Source: an uncultured Nanoarchaeota archaeon (GTDB taxonomy: Archaea > Nanobdellota > Nanobdellia > Pacearchaeales > GW2011-AR1). From it: 52,757 nt of DNA. Position numbers and translations under genes: made by a program. The stretch spans positions 1 through 52,757 of the forward strand of contig CAVZZS010000007.1 in the NCBI GenBank assembly GCA_963779925.1, in the 5' to 3' direction. Shown here in pieces: positions 43,307 through 52,757 of the stretch (positions within the stretch are counted from its first letter, which is position 1; each line of letters starts with the position of its first letter). Below the pieces are notes generated by a model. It was not told where the DNA came from, searched no databases, and worked only from the letters and a program-made list of their open reading frames with translations.

Positions 43307-44097
43307 TTCTTTTTATCTTTTTGAGGTTTTATTTTATCATCAGAGTCCGTCTCACCTACTCTAGAAAACATATTATAAATTTTGAATCCTGCCCTAAATA
43401 ATTCCACAAGCAATCCGGCAAAGACTAATATTATGCCTGCAATAAGCAGCCTTACAAATACAAAATTGGATTGGGAAAAGAAGAGCAGCAGCATATCTGA
43501 AATAATTTGATTAGAAAATGTTACCAGTAACTTCTCTATCCCAAGGATTACTAGAGAAGATACAATGATGGCTCCTCCTGAAAGGAATAACAAATCATAT
43601 TTCCTTTTGAACAAAAAGAATAATATAATCCCCGATAAGATTGCAACTGCCAAAGAAACATAAAATAGACTATTCCAATAACTCTGCGATTTATCTGAAA
43701 TCAGAAAGATAGGGGGGGAATACTTGTTGAAACAGTCCCAGTAATTGCAATTGTATTGCTTATAGTATGAATCACTTACAAAGTTATTTATTGTATCATT
43801 GATAATTAGGGAAGTACTGTTTACATCTTGACAGGAGAAATGAAAAGCATAATTTTGATAACTGAAAACATAATCTGAATTTGTTTTGCAATATGCTTCT
43901 ATCAGACCCAGATTTGAATCTATTTGCTGTGTCAAATTTAATTGTTCTGATAAAAGCTGAACAATATTGGTTGCCTGTTTTTGTACTACTTCATATTTTA
44001 AAGAAGAAGATACGGTAAACAAGATACTTGAAGATAAAACAGATAGAAGAAGTATTATTGAAACTAATACAAATAATATGCCTCTTACAAAGCCCAT
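43303..44097 (-). CDS. hypothetical membrane protein (264 aa)
   Basis: N-terminal TM, Cys/Tyr/Asn-rich extracytoplasmic segment, then 3 C-terminal TMs. 4-nt overlap with the downstream gene. Confidence 0.55.
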   Translation of the reverse strand: MGFVRGILFVLVSIILLLSVLSSSILFTVSSSLKYEVVQKQATNIVQLLSEQLNLTQQIDSNLGLIEAYCKTNSDYVFSYQNYAFHFSCQDVNSTSLIINDTINNFVSDSYYKQYNCNYWDCFNKYSPPIFLISDKSQSYWNSLFYVSLAVAILSGIILFFLFKRKYDLLFLSGGAIIVSSLVILGIEKLLVTFSNQIISDMLLLFFSQSNFVFVRLLIAGIILVFAGLLVELFRAGFKIYNMFSRVGETDSDDKIKPQKDKKK

Positions 44098-44134
44098 TAA
44101 TCAAACAGATAAGAGAACTTTATAAATCTAATTT

Positions 44135-45052
44135 CTACATTCTCTCTAAAACTTCTATTCTTTTTTCTATTGGAGGATGAGTAGATGTTAAATTGCTTCT
44201 TAATGGATTTGAGAAGAACAAAGGAGCGATTGCTTTAGCGACTTTTTTCTCTGGCTGATTTTCCTTTTGGATTTTCTTTAATGCTTCTATTAACCCTCTT
44301 GGATAACGCGTGAATTTTACAGCGGATGCATCTGCAGTATATTCTCTTCTTCGTGAAATAGCTAATTGAACAAACCATACAATAATAGGGGCAATTATTG
44401 CTAGAAGAATCCCAATTATAATAAATATCCCCCCATTTTTTTTATTATCTCCTCCCCCCTGAAACCATAAACTCCTAAGGAATATTTCTGAAATTATAGC
44501 AATTATTCCGACCATTACTGTTGCTAAGGTCATGTATCTTATATCATAATTTGCAACATGAGACAATTCATGGGCTAAAACTCCTTCCATTTCTTTTTTA
44601 TCCAATTTTTCAAGAGCACCATGGGTTACACAAACTACTGCATGTTTCGGATCACGACCCGAAGCAAATGCATTTATCTGGGGAGATTCCATAATGTAAA
44701 GTTTTGGCATAGGAAGGCCGCTTGCTATCGTAAGTGATTCAACGACATCATAAAATTGTTTATACTTTTCTCTGTCTGCTTCTTTTGCACCGACACTGGA
44801 AAGTGCAATCTTATCTGAATTGTAAAAATTTACCATTATGTAAAACATTGAAAACATTATTGCAATTATCATTATAAAGAAGAAATAGCCGGGGTCAAAA
44901 GCAAGAGAGATTACATATCCCAACAAAACCATTAGTATAAACATTGAAAACATTAGAAAGAAGGATTTTCTCTTATTTTTTGAAATCTGATCCCTAAAGT
45001 CGATATGTTCCATACCTAAAAATTGCAGATGCAATTTATTAAGGTTTTGCAT
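44135..45052 (-). CDS. htpX: M48-family zinc metalloprotease HtpX
   Basis: HELSHV (HExxH) between TM pairs. REYTADASAV downstream motif. Confidence 0.9.
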   Translation of the reverse strand: MQNLNKLHLQFLGMEHIDFRDQISKNKRKSFFLMFSMFILMVLLGYVISLAFDPGYFFFIMIIAIMFSMFYIMVNFYNSDKIALSSVGAKEADREKYKQFYDVVESLTIASGLPMPKLYIMESPQINAFASGRDPKHAVVCVTHGALEKLDKKEMEGVLAHELSHVANYDIRYMTLATVMVGIIAIISEIFLRSLWFQGGGDNKKNGGIFIIIGILLAIIAPIIVWFVQLAISRRREYTADASAVKFTRYPRGLIEALKKIQKENQPEKKVAKAIAPLFFSNPLRSNLTSTHPPIEKRIEVLERM

Positions 45053-45088
45053 AGGTAGTTTTAATAATATAATTCTCTTTTTTGTAAG

Positions 45089-45523
45089 ATGAAACTAAAG
45101 AGCATTTTTAGTGATGGTGGAAAGATTCCTTCAAAATATACATGTGAAGGAGCGGATGTAAATCCCCCATTAGAATTTATAGAAATCCCTGAAAATGCGA
45201 AAAGCTTAGTTTTGATTATTGATGATCCTGACTCTCCCCTAAAAACGTGGGGCCATTGGATTTTATGGAACATCTCTCCGGGTGTAAAAAGTATCAGAGA
45301 AAATTCGATACCTTCTGGTGCAATAGAAGGAGATAATGATTTTGGAAATATTGGCTATGGCGGACCATGCCCTAATTCAGGAGAACATAGATACCAGTTT
45401 AAGCTATATGCCTTAGATACTAAACTTAATTTACCTCGCGGTTCTGCAAAAAATGAGGTTGAAAAGTCAATAAAAGGCCATATTATTGATAAAACTGTTT
45501 TAACAGGATTATATCAAAAATAA
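45089..45523 (+). CDS. PEBP/YbhB-family protein
   Basis: IIDDPDSP, WGHWILWNI and GYGGPCPNSGEHRYQFKLYALD. Confidence 0.88.
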   Translation: MKLKSIFSDGGKIPSKYTCEGADVNPPLEFIEIPENAKSLVLIIDDPDSPLKTWGHWILWNISPGVKSIRENSIPSGAIEGDNDFGNIGYGGPCPNSGEHRYQFKLYALDTKLNLPRGSAKNEVEKSIKGHIIDKTVLTGLYQK

Positions 45524-45562
45524 CACGGAAACTTTATAAACCGAAATTCAAATTCTATTAAC

Positions 45563-45679
45563 ATGAAACGTTCAAGTCGTAGATGGAAGAAAAAAAGGCA
45601 AATGCGCTGGAAATGGCAAAGAAAAAGACTTAGAAAAGAAAAGCGCAAACGTAAGATGAAGAGAGAAAGAGCTAAATAA
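45563..45679 (+). CDS. rpl41e: 50S ribosomal protein L41e (38 aa, below ORF-track cutoff)
   Basis: Hand-translated MKRSSRRWKKKRQMRWKWQRKRLRKEKRKRKMKRERAK, the archaeal L41e RRWKKK-MRWKW-KRLR pattern. tttataaa box ends 23 nt upstream. Confidence 0.8.
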   Translation: MKRSSRRWKKKRQMRWKWQRKRLRKEKRKRKMKRERAK

Positions 45680-45729
45680 GAATAATTTCTCAATATAATC
45701 AGTTATAGAGTCAAATTAACACAATAATC

Positions 45730-45737
45730 TTTATAAG
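45730..45737 (+). promoter_or_regulatory. TATA-like box (tttataag) for rfcS
   Basis: Ends 22 nt before the ATG at 45759. Confidence 0.35.
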
Positions 45738-45758
45738 TTTCTTTTAAAAAGTTATATA

Positions 45759-46721
45759 ATGGTCAGCGAAATCTGGACTGAAAAATATAGACCTGTAAGA
45801 TTCTCTGAAATGGTGGGTCAAGAGAATGTTCTCAAAAGAGTAGAATCTCTTACAAGATCGATGAACATACCCCATTTGCTTTTTGCGGGTCCTGCTGGAA
45901 CGGGTAAATCTACTCTTGCTTTAATAACAGTTAAAGAACTTTTCAGAGATGACTGGAGAGAAAATTATTTGGAATTGAATGCTTCTGATGAAAGAGGAAT
46001 AAATGTTGTAAGAGACAAAGTAAAGAATTTTGCAAGAACAAAATCTTTGGGTTCTGTTCCATTTAAAGTAATCTTTTTGGATGAGGCAGATGCTTTGACA
46101 CCCGAAGCTCAACAGGCCTTGAGAAGAACAATGGAGAATTATTCATCTACCTGTCGATTTATTCTTTCCTGCAATTATTCAACCAAAATCATAGATCCGA
46201 TTCAGTCTAGATGTGCTATCTTCAGATTTAAATTATTAGAAAAAAAAGATATAGAAAAAGTTATCCAAAAGATTGCAGAACGTGAGAAACTTACTCTAAC
46301 TCCCGAAGTCATAGAAATGCTTTATGAAGGAAGTGAAGGGGATTGCAGACGCTGCATAAATTTATTGCAAGCCACCGCAGCAATTTCTCCATCTATAAAT
46401 GCTGATCTTGTATCTACAATAATCTCGAATACAAAGCCGAAAGACATCAAAATTGTTTTGGATTATGCCATTGCAGGAGATTTCCAGAGATCAAAAGACA
46501 AGCTTTTTGATATCATGCTTAAAGAATCTATTTCAGGACAGGATGTTATAAAATCAATACAGAAAGAGATATGGAATCTTCCGGTTGAACCTGAAATAAA
46601 AGTAAAGCTAACCGAAAAAACAGGCGAAGCCGAGTTTAGAATTGTTGAGGGAAGTGATCCTTTCATACAGCTCCAGGCTCTTATTGCAAGTTTTGTCTTA
46701 GCTGGTTTAGGGAAGGGATAA
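45759..46721 (+). CDS. rfcS: replication factor C small subunit
   Basis: WTEKYRP, GPAGTGKST, FLDEADALT and SRCAIFRF. Confidence 0.93.
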   Translation: MVSEIWTEKYRPVRFSEMVGQENVLKRVESLTRSMNIPHLLFAGPAGTGKSTLALITVKELFRDDWRENYLELNASDERGINVVRDKVKNFARTKSLGSVPFKVIFLDEADALTPEAQQALRRTMENYSSTCRFILSCNYSTKIIDPIQSRCAIFRFKLLEKKDIEKVIQKIAEREKLTLTPEVIEMLYEGSEGDCRRCINLLQATAAISPSINADLVSTIISNTKPKDIKIVLDYAIAGDFQRSKDKLFDIMLKESISGQDVIKSIQKEIWNLPVEPEIKVKLTEKTGEAEFRIVEGSDPFIQLQALIASFVLAGLGKG

Positions 46722-46722
46722 A

Positions 46723-47895
46723 ATGCCCTGGGTTGAGATTTATAGACCAAAGAAATTCTCGGAAATAAAAGGGCAAACTGATGCAATTGAAAAAATTAAG
46801 ATTTTTCTCAAGAATTTTGAAAAAGGGAAAAAAGCTTTATTGCTTTATGGGCCTCCGGGGGTAGGAAAGACAACTCTTGCTTATGTTGCTGCTAATGAGA
46901 CCAATTCAGAGATATTCGAATTGAATGCATCTGATTTAAGAAACAAAGACAAACTAAGAGAAATCCTCAAGCCCGCCCTTGAACAGCAATCCCTTACAAA
47001 TGATAATAAAATAATCCTTGTTGATGAAGTAGACGGAATTTCCAAAGAAGATTGGGGAGGATTGCCTGAGCTTACTGGTTTTATTGAGTCTGCAAATTGG
47101 CCAATAATAATAACTGCAAATGATGTCTGGGATAAAAGTTTTAGCTCGCTAAGAAAAGAATCCGAACTTGTTCAACTTAAAGAAATTGATTATAAGACCA
47201 TAAAAGATGTTTTGGCTTCTATATTGAAGAAAGAAAATAAAGTTATTGACAATAATATTTTAACAGGAATTTCTGTGAAAGCAAAAGGAGATTTGCGAGC
47301 GGCTATAAATGATCTGCAAATTGCATCGGGAATGGAAGATCCTTTTGAAATATTGGAAAATGACAGAAATAAAGAAATTGATATATTCAATGCACTGAGA
47401 TTAATCTTCAAAGAAAAACCTAGCGATAATACTCTCAGAATTTTTGACTCTGTTAATATGCCTATCGACCAGATAATGCTATGGATTGAGGAAAATATAC
47501 CCACAGAATATAAAGGCATTGAACTGCAAAAGGCATATGACGCTTTGAGTATGGCTGACGTATTCAAAGGAAGAATCTACAAGCAACAATATTGGAGATT
47601 TCTTGTTTATGAAAACATACTTCTCAGTTATGGGATTGCTTCCGCAAAAGACGGAATCAAGAAAGGGTTTACTAATTACAAAAAACCGGAAAGAATTCTG
47701 AAGATATGGCTAAATAATCAGAGAACAGCCAAAAAAGTTTCAATCGCAAGGAAATATGCAGAATATGTACATATTGGTCAAAAACGTGCAATGTTTGAAT
47801 TTCCCCTATTGAGGCTTATTTTGAAAAATCCAAATGCCAGGAAAGAACTGAAGCTTGAAAAGGAAGAAGAAGAATATCTTGATAAATTAGCATAA
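46723..47895 (+). CDS. rfcL: replication factor C large subunit (compact, 390 aa)
   Basis: WVEIYRPKKF, GPPGVGKTT and LVDEVDGI. Starts one nt after the rfcS stop. Confidence 0.88.
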   Translation: MPWVEIYRPKKFSEIKGQTDAIEKIKIFLKNFEKGKKALLLYGPPGVGKTTLAYVAANETNSEIFELNASDLRNKDKLREILKPALEQQSLTNDNKIILVDEVDGISKEDWGGLPELTGFIESANWPIIITANDVWDKSFSSLRKESELVQLKEIDYKTIKDVLASILKKENKVIDNNILTGISVKAKGDLRAAINDLQIASGMEDPFEILENDRNKEIDIFNALRLIFKEKPSDNTLRIFDSVNMPIDQIMLWIEENIPTEYKGIELQKAYDALSMADVFKGRIYKQQYWRFLVYENILLSYGIASAKDGIKKGFTNYKKPERILKIWLNNQRTAKKVSIARKYAEYVHIGQKRAMFEFPLLRLILKNPNARKELKLEKEEEEYLDKLA

Positions 47896-47925
47896 TTTTT
47901 TATATTTAGGATTACTCTGTTTATT

Positions 47926-48966
47926 ATGGGTTTGAATATAAGCGACATCCTCCCAAGGGAAGAAATAAAAATTTCTGATTTAAAAGGCAAGACTCTTTGC
48001 ATTGATGCATTTAATACCTTATATCAATTTTTGTCAACCATCAGACAACCAGATGGAACTCCCTTAATGGACAACAAAGGCAGAATCACAAGCCATTTGT
48101 CAGGAATTTTCTATAGAAATATTAGCCTTCTCTCTGAAGGAATTAAGCTTATTTATGCATTTGACGGGAAACCTCCAGACTTGAAGTATAAAACTCATGA
48201 AAAACGACATGAGAATAGAGAAGTTTCTAAAGAGAGATATGAAGAGGCAAAGCAAGAAGAAGATTTGTCTGCAATGAGAAAATATGGGAGCCAATTGGTA
48301 AGGCTCAATGATGAAATGATTGAAGAAAGTAAAGAACTTCTTAGTGCAATGGGAATAGCAGTAGTGCAGGCTCCTGGAGAAGGAGAAGCTGAGGCAGCTT
48401 ATCTTGCCCGAATAAAAGAGAGCATTTATGCAAGTGTCAGTCAGGATTATGATAGCCTTTTATTTGGAGCCCCTAAGTTGATAAGGAATCTTACTTTATC
48501 TAAAAGGAGGAAAACTTTTAGGGGATGGGTTGAAGTAAGCCCAGAAATTATTGAACTCGAAAAGGTACTGAATTCTTTAAACCTTAATCTTGATCAGCTT
48601 ATCTGCTTAGGGATTCTTGTAGGGACCGATTACAATCCAAAAGGAATTCCTGGAATCGGGCAAAAGAAAGCATTGCAAATTGTCCAACGATATAAACAGC
48701 CTATCATGATATTCAAGAGTGTTGAAGAGCAAATGAATAAATTAGATGAAAGAGACCAATTTGATTGGAAAGAAATCTTTGCCTTATTTCATAAGCCCAA
48801 CGTCCTAAATTCTGATTTAAAGTTTAATAAATTTGATAAAAGTAAGATAAAAAGGATTTTGGTGGATAAGCATGATTTCTCTGAAGAAAGGGTAGATAGG
48901 CAAATTGAAAAATTGGAAGAATTAGAAGAACACAACAAACAAAAAGATTTGAATAAATGGTTTTGA
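47926..48966 (+). CDS. fen: flap endonuclease 1
   Basis: MGLNISDIL N-domain, GEGEAEAAYL, SQDYDSLLFGAP and LGILVGTDYNP. C-terminal PIP-like QKDLNKWF. Confidence 0.93.
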   Translation: MGLNISDILPREEIKISDLKGKTLCIDAFNTLYQFLSTIRQPDGTPLMDNKGRITSHLSGIFYRNISLLSEGIKLIYAFDGKPPDLKYKTHEKRHENREVSKERYEEAKQEEDLSAMRKYGSQLVRLNDEMIEESKELLSAMGIAVVQAPGEGEAEAAYLARIKESIYASVSQDYDSLLFGAPKLIRNLTLSKRRKTFRGWVEVSPEIIELEKVLNSLNLNLDQLICLGILVGTDYNPKGIPGIGQKKALQIVQRYKQPIMIFKSVEEQMNKLDERDQFDWKEIFALFHKPNVLNSDLKFNKFDKSKIKRILVDKHDFSEERVDRQIEKLEELEEHNKQKDLNKWF

Positions 48967-49911
48967 TTATCTTTGACCTCTTTTTATTCTGATCATCTCA
49001 TCTCTTATACGAATCATATCATTCATCAAATCTCTTAATTTAGGATCACTTGGATTTCTGTTATAGATTTCATTATAAGTTTGATTAAGCGCGTTATAAC
49101 TTCTCATTAAAGAATTTATATCTGTACTGATAAGACTTGTCTCCTTCTGTTCTATTTGTTGTTCTGCTCTCTTTTCTTGAGCAATCATCTGTTGTTGTTG
49201 CTGTTCTTCCCTTCTTTCTTCCTGACGAGCCATTTCTTCATCATTTCTGCTTTTATTTTTCAAATTTGCAATCTCTTTTTCTCTATTCCTTTCTTTATCT
49301 TCTTCGGCTCTTTTTTCCTGTCTTACTTGATTATAGATATTACGAGTATTATACTTATTCTTAATTATGTTCTTACTTGGAGTTATGCCCTGTGATGTGG
49401 CGCCTGAATGTTTTTTTTTAATAGCTAGAATTATTGCTACAACCCCCAATAAAATCCCAATAGCTAAAGCAGCAGTTGTTTCATATACTAAATTTGTAAC
49501 TCCTGCAATTATGAAAATTCCACTTAATATAAACAATGCTTTTGATTTAAGTTTAATAAATAGGAAAATTAGAAATACAATTAGGAGCACTGAACCTAGA
49601 GTATACAAAGTGTCTCCGGAAATCCCTAACCCTGCAAATAAACCGCCAATGTCTGCAGATTGATTAACCCAATAAACAATAAGCAAAGACAGTGCAAGAG
49701 AGATTACTGCAGCTATGGTCTTATTGCCTTTGAACATTTTTGACGTAGAAAAATATAATACCGCAAAGAAAATAACGAAAAGAATTGCTAGAGTTATAAG
49801 AGTCGGATCAATTCCTGAAAAAATGTCGCTTAAAGTCGATTGAGCCTTTACGAATCCGACTAATGAGATCAAAGATAAAAATGCACCAAAAAATAACCCC
49901 TCTTTTTTCAT
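48967..49911 (-). CDS. hypothetical membrane protein with C-terminal E/R/Q-rich coiled coil (314 aa)
   Basis: Signal-like N-terminus, about 5 TM helices, then QEKRAEEDKERNREKE...EERREEQQQQQMIAQEKRAEQQ. Confidence 0.55.
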   Translation of the reverse strand: MKKEGLFFGAFLSLISLVGFVKAQSTLSDIFSGIDPTLITLAILFVIFFAVLYFSTSKMFKGNKTIAAVISLALSLLIVYWVNQSADIGGLFAGLGISGDTLYTLGSVLLIVFLIFLFIKLKSKALFILSGIFIIAGVTNLVYETTAALAIGILLGVVAIILAIKKKHSGATSQGITPSKNIIKNKYNTRNIYNQVRQEKRAEEDKERNREKEIANLKNKSRNDEEMARQEERREEQQQQQMIAQEKRAEQQIEQKETSLISTDINSLMRSYNALNQTYNEIYNRNPSDPKLRDLMNDMIRIRDEMIRIKRGQR

Positions 49912-49996
49912 TTATCTTTAACTTATGCAGTTTTTATAAATTTATCCTGTTTTAGGTGTTGGATAGTTTTTTAAGAATTAGTTTATTCATGTCATT

Positions 49997-50773
49997 ATGA
50001 TTAAAGGTTCTTTTGATAGTCTCGGAAATATAGCGATAGTGAAATTTCAAAAAGAAGCTAGCTTTAGAGATAAGACCGAATTTGCAAAAGAATTGCTAAG
50101 AAAAAATAAATCTATTAAAACAGTTTTGGAAAAAACAGGCAAATTCAAGGGCAGATTAAGAAAACAGACGACGAAGTATCTTGCAGGTGAAAAAACTAAG
50201 GAAGTATTATACAGAGAGAATGGATGCGTGTTTAGATTTAATATTGATGAAACTTATTTTTCTCCTAGACTAAGCAATGAAAGAAAAGAAATTGCAAATA
50301 AAATAAAAAAAGGAGATAAGGTTTTGGTCATGTTTGCCGGAATCTCTCCCTATTCAATTGTAATAGCCAAACTTTCAAAAGCCGAAATTGTTTATTCCAA
50401 TGAGATCAATAGAAAAGCAAATGAATACGCAAAATTGAACATTGAACTAAATAAACTAAAGAATAAGGTAATTTTAATTCCAGGAGACATAAAAAGAGTT
50501 GCAGAAAAACTGAAAGACAAATTTGATGTTATTGTCATGCCCCGTCCTCAATTAAAGGACAGTTTCCTCAAACAGGCATTTTCTTTATCCAAATTGGGAA
50601 CACGGATTTATTACTATGATTTTTGCAAAAGCAATGAGATTAATCTGATTAAGGATAAAGTTTTAAATGAAGCGAGAAAAAACAAGAAAAAAATTCAAAT
50701 ATTAAAGATAAAAAAAGCAGGAGAGATTTCTCCGTATAAATACAGAATCAGAATAGACTTGAAAGTTTTATAA
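49997..50773 (+). CDS. trm5: Trm5/Taw22-family (Met-10+ like) tRNA methyltransferase
   Basis: YRENGCVFRFNIDETYFSPRLSNERKEI and VLVMFAGISPYSIVIAK (SAM motif). Confidence 0.8.
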   Translation: MIKGSFDSLGNIAIVKFQKEASFRDKTEFAKELLRKNKSIKTVLEKTGKFKGRLRKQTTKYLAGEKTKEVLYRENGCVFRFNIDETYFSPRLSNERKEIANKIKKGDKVLVMFAGISPYSIVIAKLSKAEIVYSNEINRKANEYAKLNIELNKLKNKVILIPGDIKRVAEKLKDKFDVIVMPRPQLKDSFLKQAFSLSKLGTRIYYYDFCKSNEINLIKDKVLNEARKNKKKIQILKIKKAGEISPYKYRIRIDLKVL

Positions 50774-52075
50774 TTATTTTTCAATGCCTATTGCTGTCGG
50801 AGCTTCGCCTCCGTGCCAAGTAAATCTTGGACGAACTCTCATGGGATAAATTCTTTCAGAATTATCATCGAGAATAATTGCAGATCCTTTTAGGCTTGGC
50901 AAATCATTCATGTAATTTCTTATGCTTTCGCTGAGATAGGTCTGCATTATGTATCCCAATGCATCCAAATCGGGCTTTGATGTAACTCTATGTGAAATAA
51001 CAATGTCAGATTGTGTCATTACATCTCTATGGATTTGTCCCGGTTGCTGTGTCGCGAGAACAACGGATATTCCTGGTTGTCTTCCTTCTCTTAACAATTG
51101 AATTAAAGCGTCTGAGGCGGCTGTCTTTCCATTTAATGGGAGAAATTCATGGGCTTCATCTATGAAAAGCCAAGTCAAAGGAGTTTTTTTTATATCCATT
51201 GATGCGAGATAATTTGCCCCCTTTGAAATTGATTGCACTTCCTCTTTTTTTCTGGCATCCATTCTTTCATTGAAAATCTTTCTTGATATCAAACTTATTA
51301 CAAGTGCCCTAACATTAAAAGCACCGATTGAGTTGTACACGCTCAAGTCCAGCACTGAAGTTGTTCCTGCTGTAATCAAATCTTTTATCTGAGTTGCATC
51401 TTTTCCTTTCTCTGAGAAAACCCCCCAGGTTCTTGCAGCTTCAAACAAAGAAACGGCTGCATTTTTTGTTTCCTGAGAAGATTTTTCATCTTTTTCAAAT
51501 CTTTCAATAATATCTCCCAATCCAAATTTTCCTTTGGTTTTTAGTTCAGATATTGTTCTTTCAATCAATATCGAAGTTGAGCTTATCATATCCAAGCCAA
51601 AAGTTATAATCCAATCCTCCGGGTTTAATTCAGTTATATCAAGGGCAAATTTTTCGTCTACTGAAACACCCTTTTCTTGGTACTCATCAAAATGTCCGAA
51701 AGGAACAAAGATCTTTACAGGAAGATTTTTTGTTTTTAGCCCCCATTCCAAAAGTAAATCTCTTTCTTTTTCATTTCTGAATTTCATTGTCCAATAGATT
51801 CCCATCGTGTCAAAAATTAATGATGCTATATTTTGGCTGATATCTTTTGGGAGATTAGATAATTCTTCTGCAATTGCGCCGAGAGTATATGATTTACCGC
51901 TTCCCCTTTTTCCTGCAACTAAAACGACATGACTTCTTACGACATCCATTAGAATTCTATTGCTTAGGGAAGTATATTGCCCCATTTTTACATACCCCTT
52001 TCCTATGAAAATAAGCCCTCTTTCACCAAATTTTTCTTTATCTGAAGCATCCCTTCCAATCATAATATCATACAT
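50774..52075 (-). CDS. HerA/FtsK-like P-loop ATPase (DUF87-type)
   Basis: Walker A VLVAGKRGSGKSYTLG, Walker B TWLFIDEAHEFLP and QQPGQI/ISHRV downstream motifs. 433 aa. Confidence 0.8.
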   Translation of the reverse strand: MYDIMIGRDASDKEKFGERGLIFIGKGYVKMGQYTSLSNRILMDVVRSHVVLVAGKRGSGKSYTLGAIAEELSNLPKDISQNIASLIFDTMGIYWTMKFRNEKERDLLLEWGLKTKNLPVKIFVPFGHFDEYQEKGVSVDEKFALDITELNPEDWIITFGLDMISSTSILIERTISELKTKGKFGLGDIIERFEKDEKSSQETKNAAVSLFEAARTWGVFSEKGKDATQIKDLITAGTTSVLDLSVYNSIGAFNVRALVISLISRKIFNERMDARKKEEVQSISKGANYLASMDIKKTPLTWLFIDEAHEFLPLNGKTAASDALIQLLREGRQPGISVVLATQQPGQIHRDVMTQSDIVISHRVTSKPDLDALGYIMQTYLSESIRNYMNDLPSLKGSAIILDDNSERIYPMRVRPRFTWHGGEAPTAIGIEK

Positions 52076-52156
52076 AATATAAAATGCTAAGCAGAGTTTT
52101 AATATTTATTGTGTAAAAAGAAAATAATCCTGTTATTTTAACTACTTGAATGCAGT

Positions 52157-52492
52157 CTATATCTTATATTTAAGAAGTTGGCTAAAAAATGCTATTTTTT
52201 GAGGATCCGTTGTTTCTGCAATAGCCTGTTCTAGATAGCTACGGTCTTCGGATCTTTCTACAGGATTCAGATTATTAACCCTAGTTTCAGATGGAGTACT
52301 AAAGGGAATCAGGCCATATTTTCTCTCTTGGTCGGATACCCATCCCTCAATTTTTGCACAATCCTGAGATCCGGCTCTTCTAGATAATCTTGATATGAGA
52401 GAATTCAATTTATGTTGCCCTGGGTCTTTGTCTTCATCGTATTCCCTGTATTCTCTGATTAATTCTCTGTCGGATCTTGATAATTCTTCCAT
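52157..52492 (-). CDS. hypothetical charged protein (111 aa)
   Basis: Intact ORF upstream of, and co-oriented with, the HerA-like ATPase. No motif. Confidence 0.45.
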   Translation of the reverse strand: MEELSRSDRELIREYREYDEDKDPGQHKLNSLISRLSRRAGSQDCAKIEGWVSDQERKYGLIPFSTPSETRVNNLNPVERSEDRSYLEQAIAETTDPQKIAFFSQLLKYKI

Positions 52493-52542
52493 AAAAAATT
52501 ATCGAAAAAAAGGTATTTAAGCGTTATGAAACTCCTTTTTAT

Positions 52543-52757
52543 ATGAAACTGGACTTTATTCCTCTTGATTATGATTATTTTGATTTTGAAGGAAGAAACT
52601 ATGCAAAATTGATTGGTCGGGATGCAAAAGGAAAACGAGTTTGCGTAATTGATTCGTGTGATATCTATTTCTGGGCTATCCTAAAAGACAAAATTAACGA
52701 GAAACAAATTCAAAAATTAAAAGAAAAGATAGAGAAGATACAACTGGATGTAAAAGG
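52543..52757 (+). CDS. polB: family B DNA polymerase, N-terminal fragment (runs off the window)
   Basis: Hand-translated MKLDFIPLDYDYFDFEGRNYAKLIGRDAKGKRVCVIDSCDIYFWAIL..., the usual archaeal PolB start pattern (ildvDY...g.p.irlfg...G..v.v.d..f.pYFy). Open to the window end. Confidence 0.6.
   Translation, partial: MKLDFIPLDYDYFDFEGRNYAKLIGRDAKGKRVCVIDSCDIYFWAILKDKINEKQIQKLKEKIEKIQLDVK

Noticed and set aside
1-52757. CRISPR arrays, rRNA genes and large tandem repeats
   Set aside because: Reading through all spacers longer than 40 nt revealed no regularly spaced direct repeats and no rRNA-like G+C-rich blocks. Intergenic space is almost fully accounted for.

Overview
AT-rich, very gene-dense chromosome segment, read by eye with no computed statistics. 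It is clearly archaeal: MCM, RFC small and large subunits, FEN1, a family-B DNA polymerase N-terminus, TFE, aIF-1A, aIF-2beta, GatDE, ribosomal protein L41e, an intron-containing tRNA, and archaeal-type ProRS/AspRS/ThrRS/TrpRS/PheRS. Short intergenic spacers, many 1-4 nt gene overlaps and trimmed domain architectures (592-aa AlaRS, 480-aa GatE, 390-aa RFC-L, 150-aa Rpp30-like) fit a small-genome, DPANN-like archaeon; that placement is inference only. Content is mostly translation (7 aaRS genes, all five tRNA-amidotransferase subunits, 4 tRNAs, tRNA-modification enzymes), replication (MCM, RFC, FEN1, PolB, OB-fold protein) and division (FtsZ). I saw no rRNA, CRISPR array, transposase or integrase. 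The best candidate for an undescribed system is a translationally coupled two-gene cassette at 14724-16126. It pairs an AbiEii/MenT-like nucleotidyltransferase-fold protein with a calcineurin-like metallophosphoesterase, has its own promoter box, and sits between gatD and gatE inside a 9.4-kb cluster that holds gatB, gatD, gatE, aspS, gatC and gatA. Other notable points are listed below. (1) MCM is split by a +1 frame change exactly at CCC_UGA. (2) There is an intron-containing tRNA-Ile with a UAU anticodon. (3) tRNA-Glu(UUC), Elp3 and a Trm9-like methyltransferase are adjacent, with a bacterial-type MnmA elsewhere in the window. (4) A surface-receptor-like protein carries a degenerate cyclase-homology domain. 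(5) Three small genes fall below the ORF-track cutoff: L41e, a 45-aa hyper-acidic peptide and a 56-aa basic protein. All family assignments come from motif recognition by eye and need profile or structure searches to confirm.
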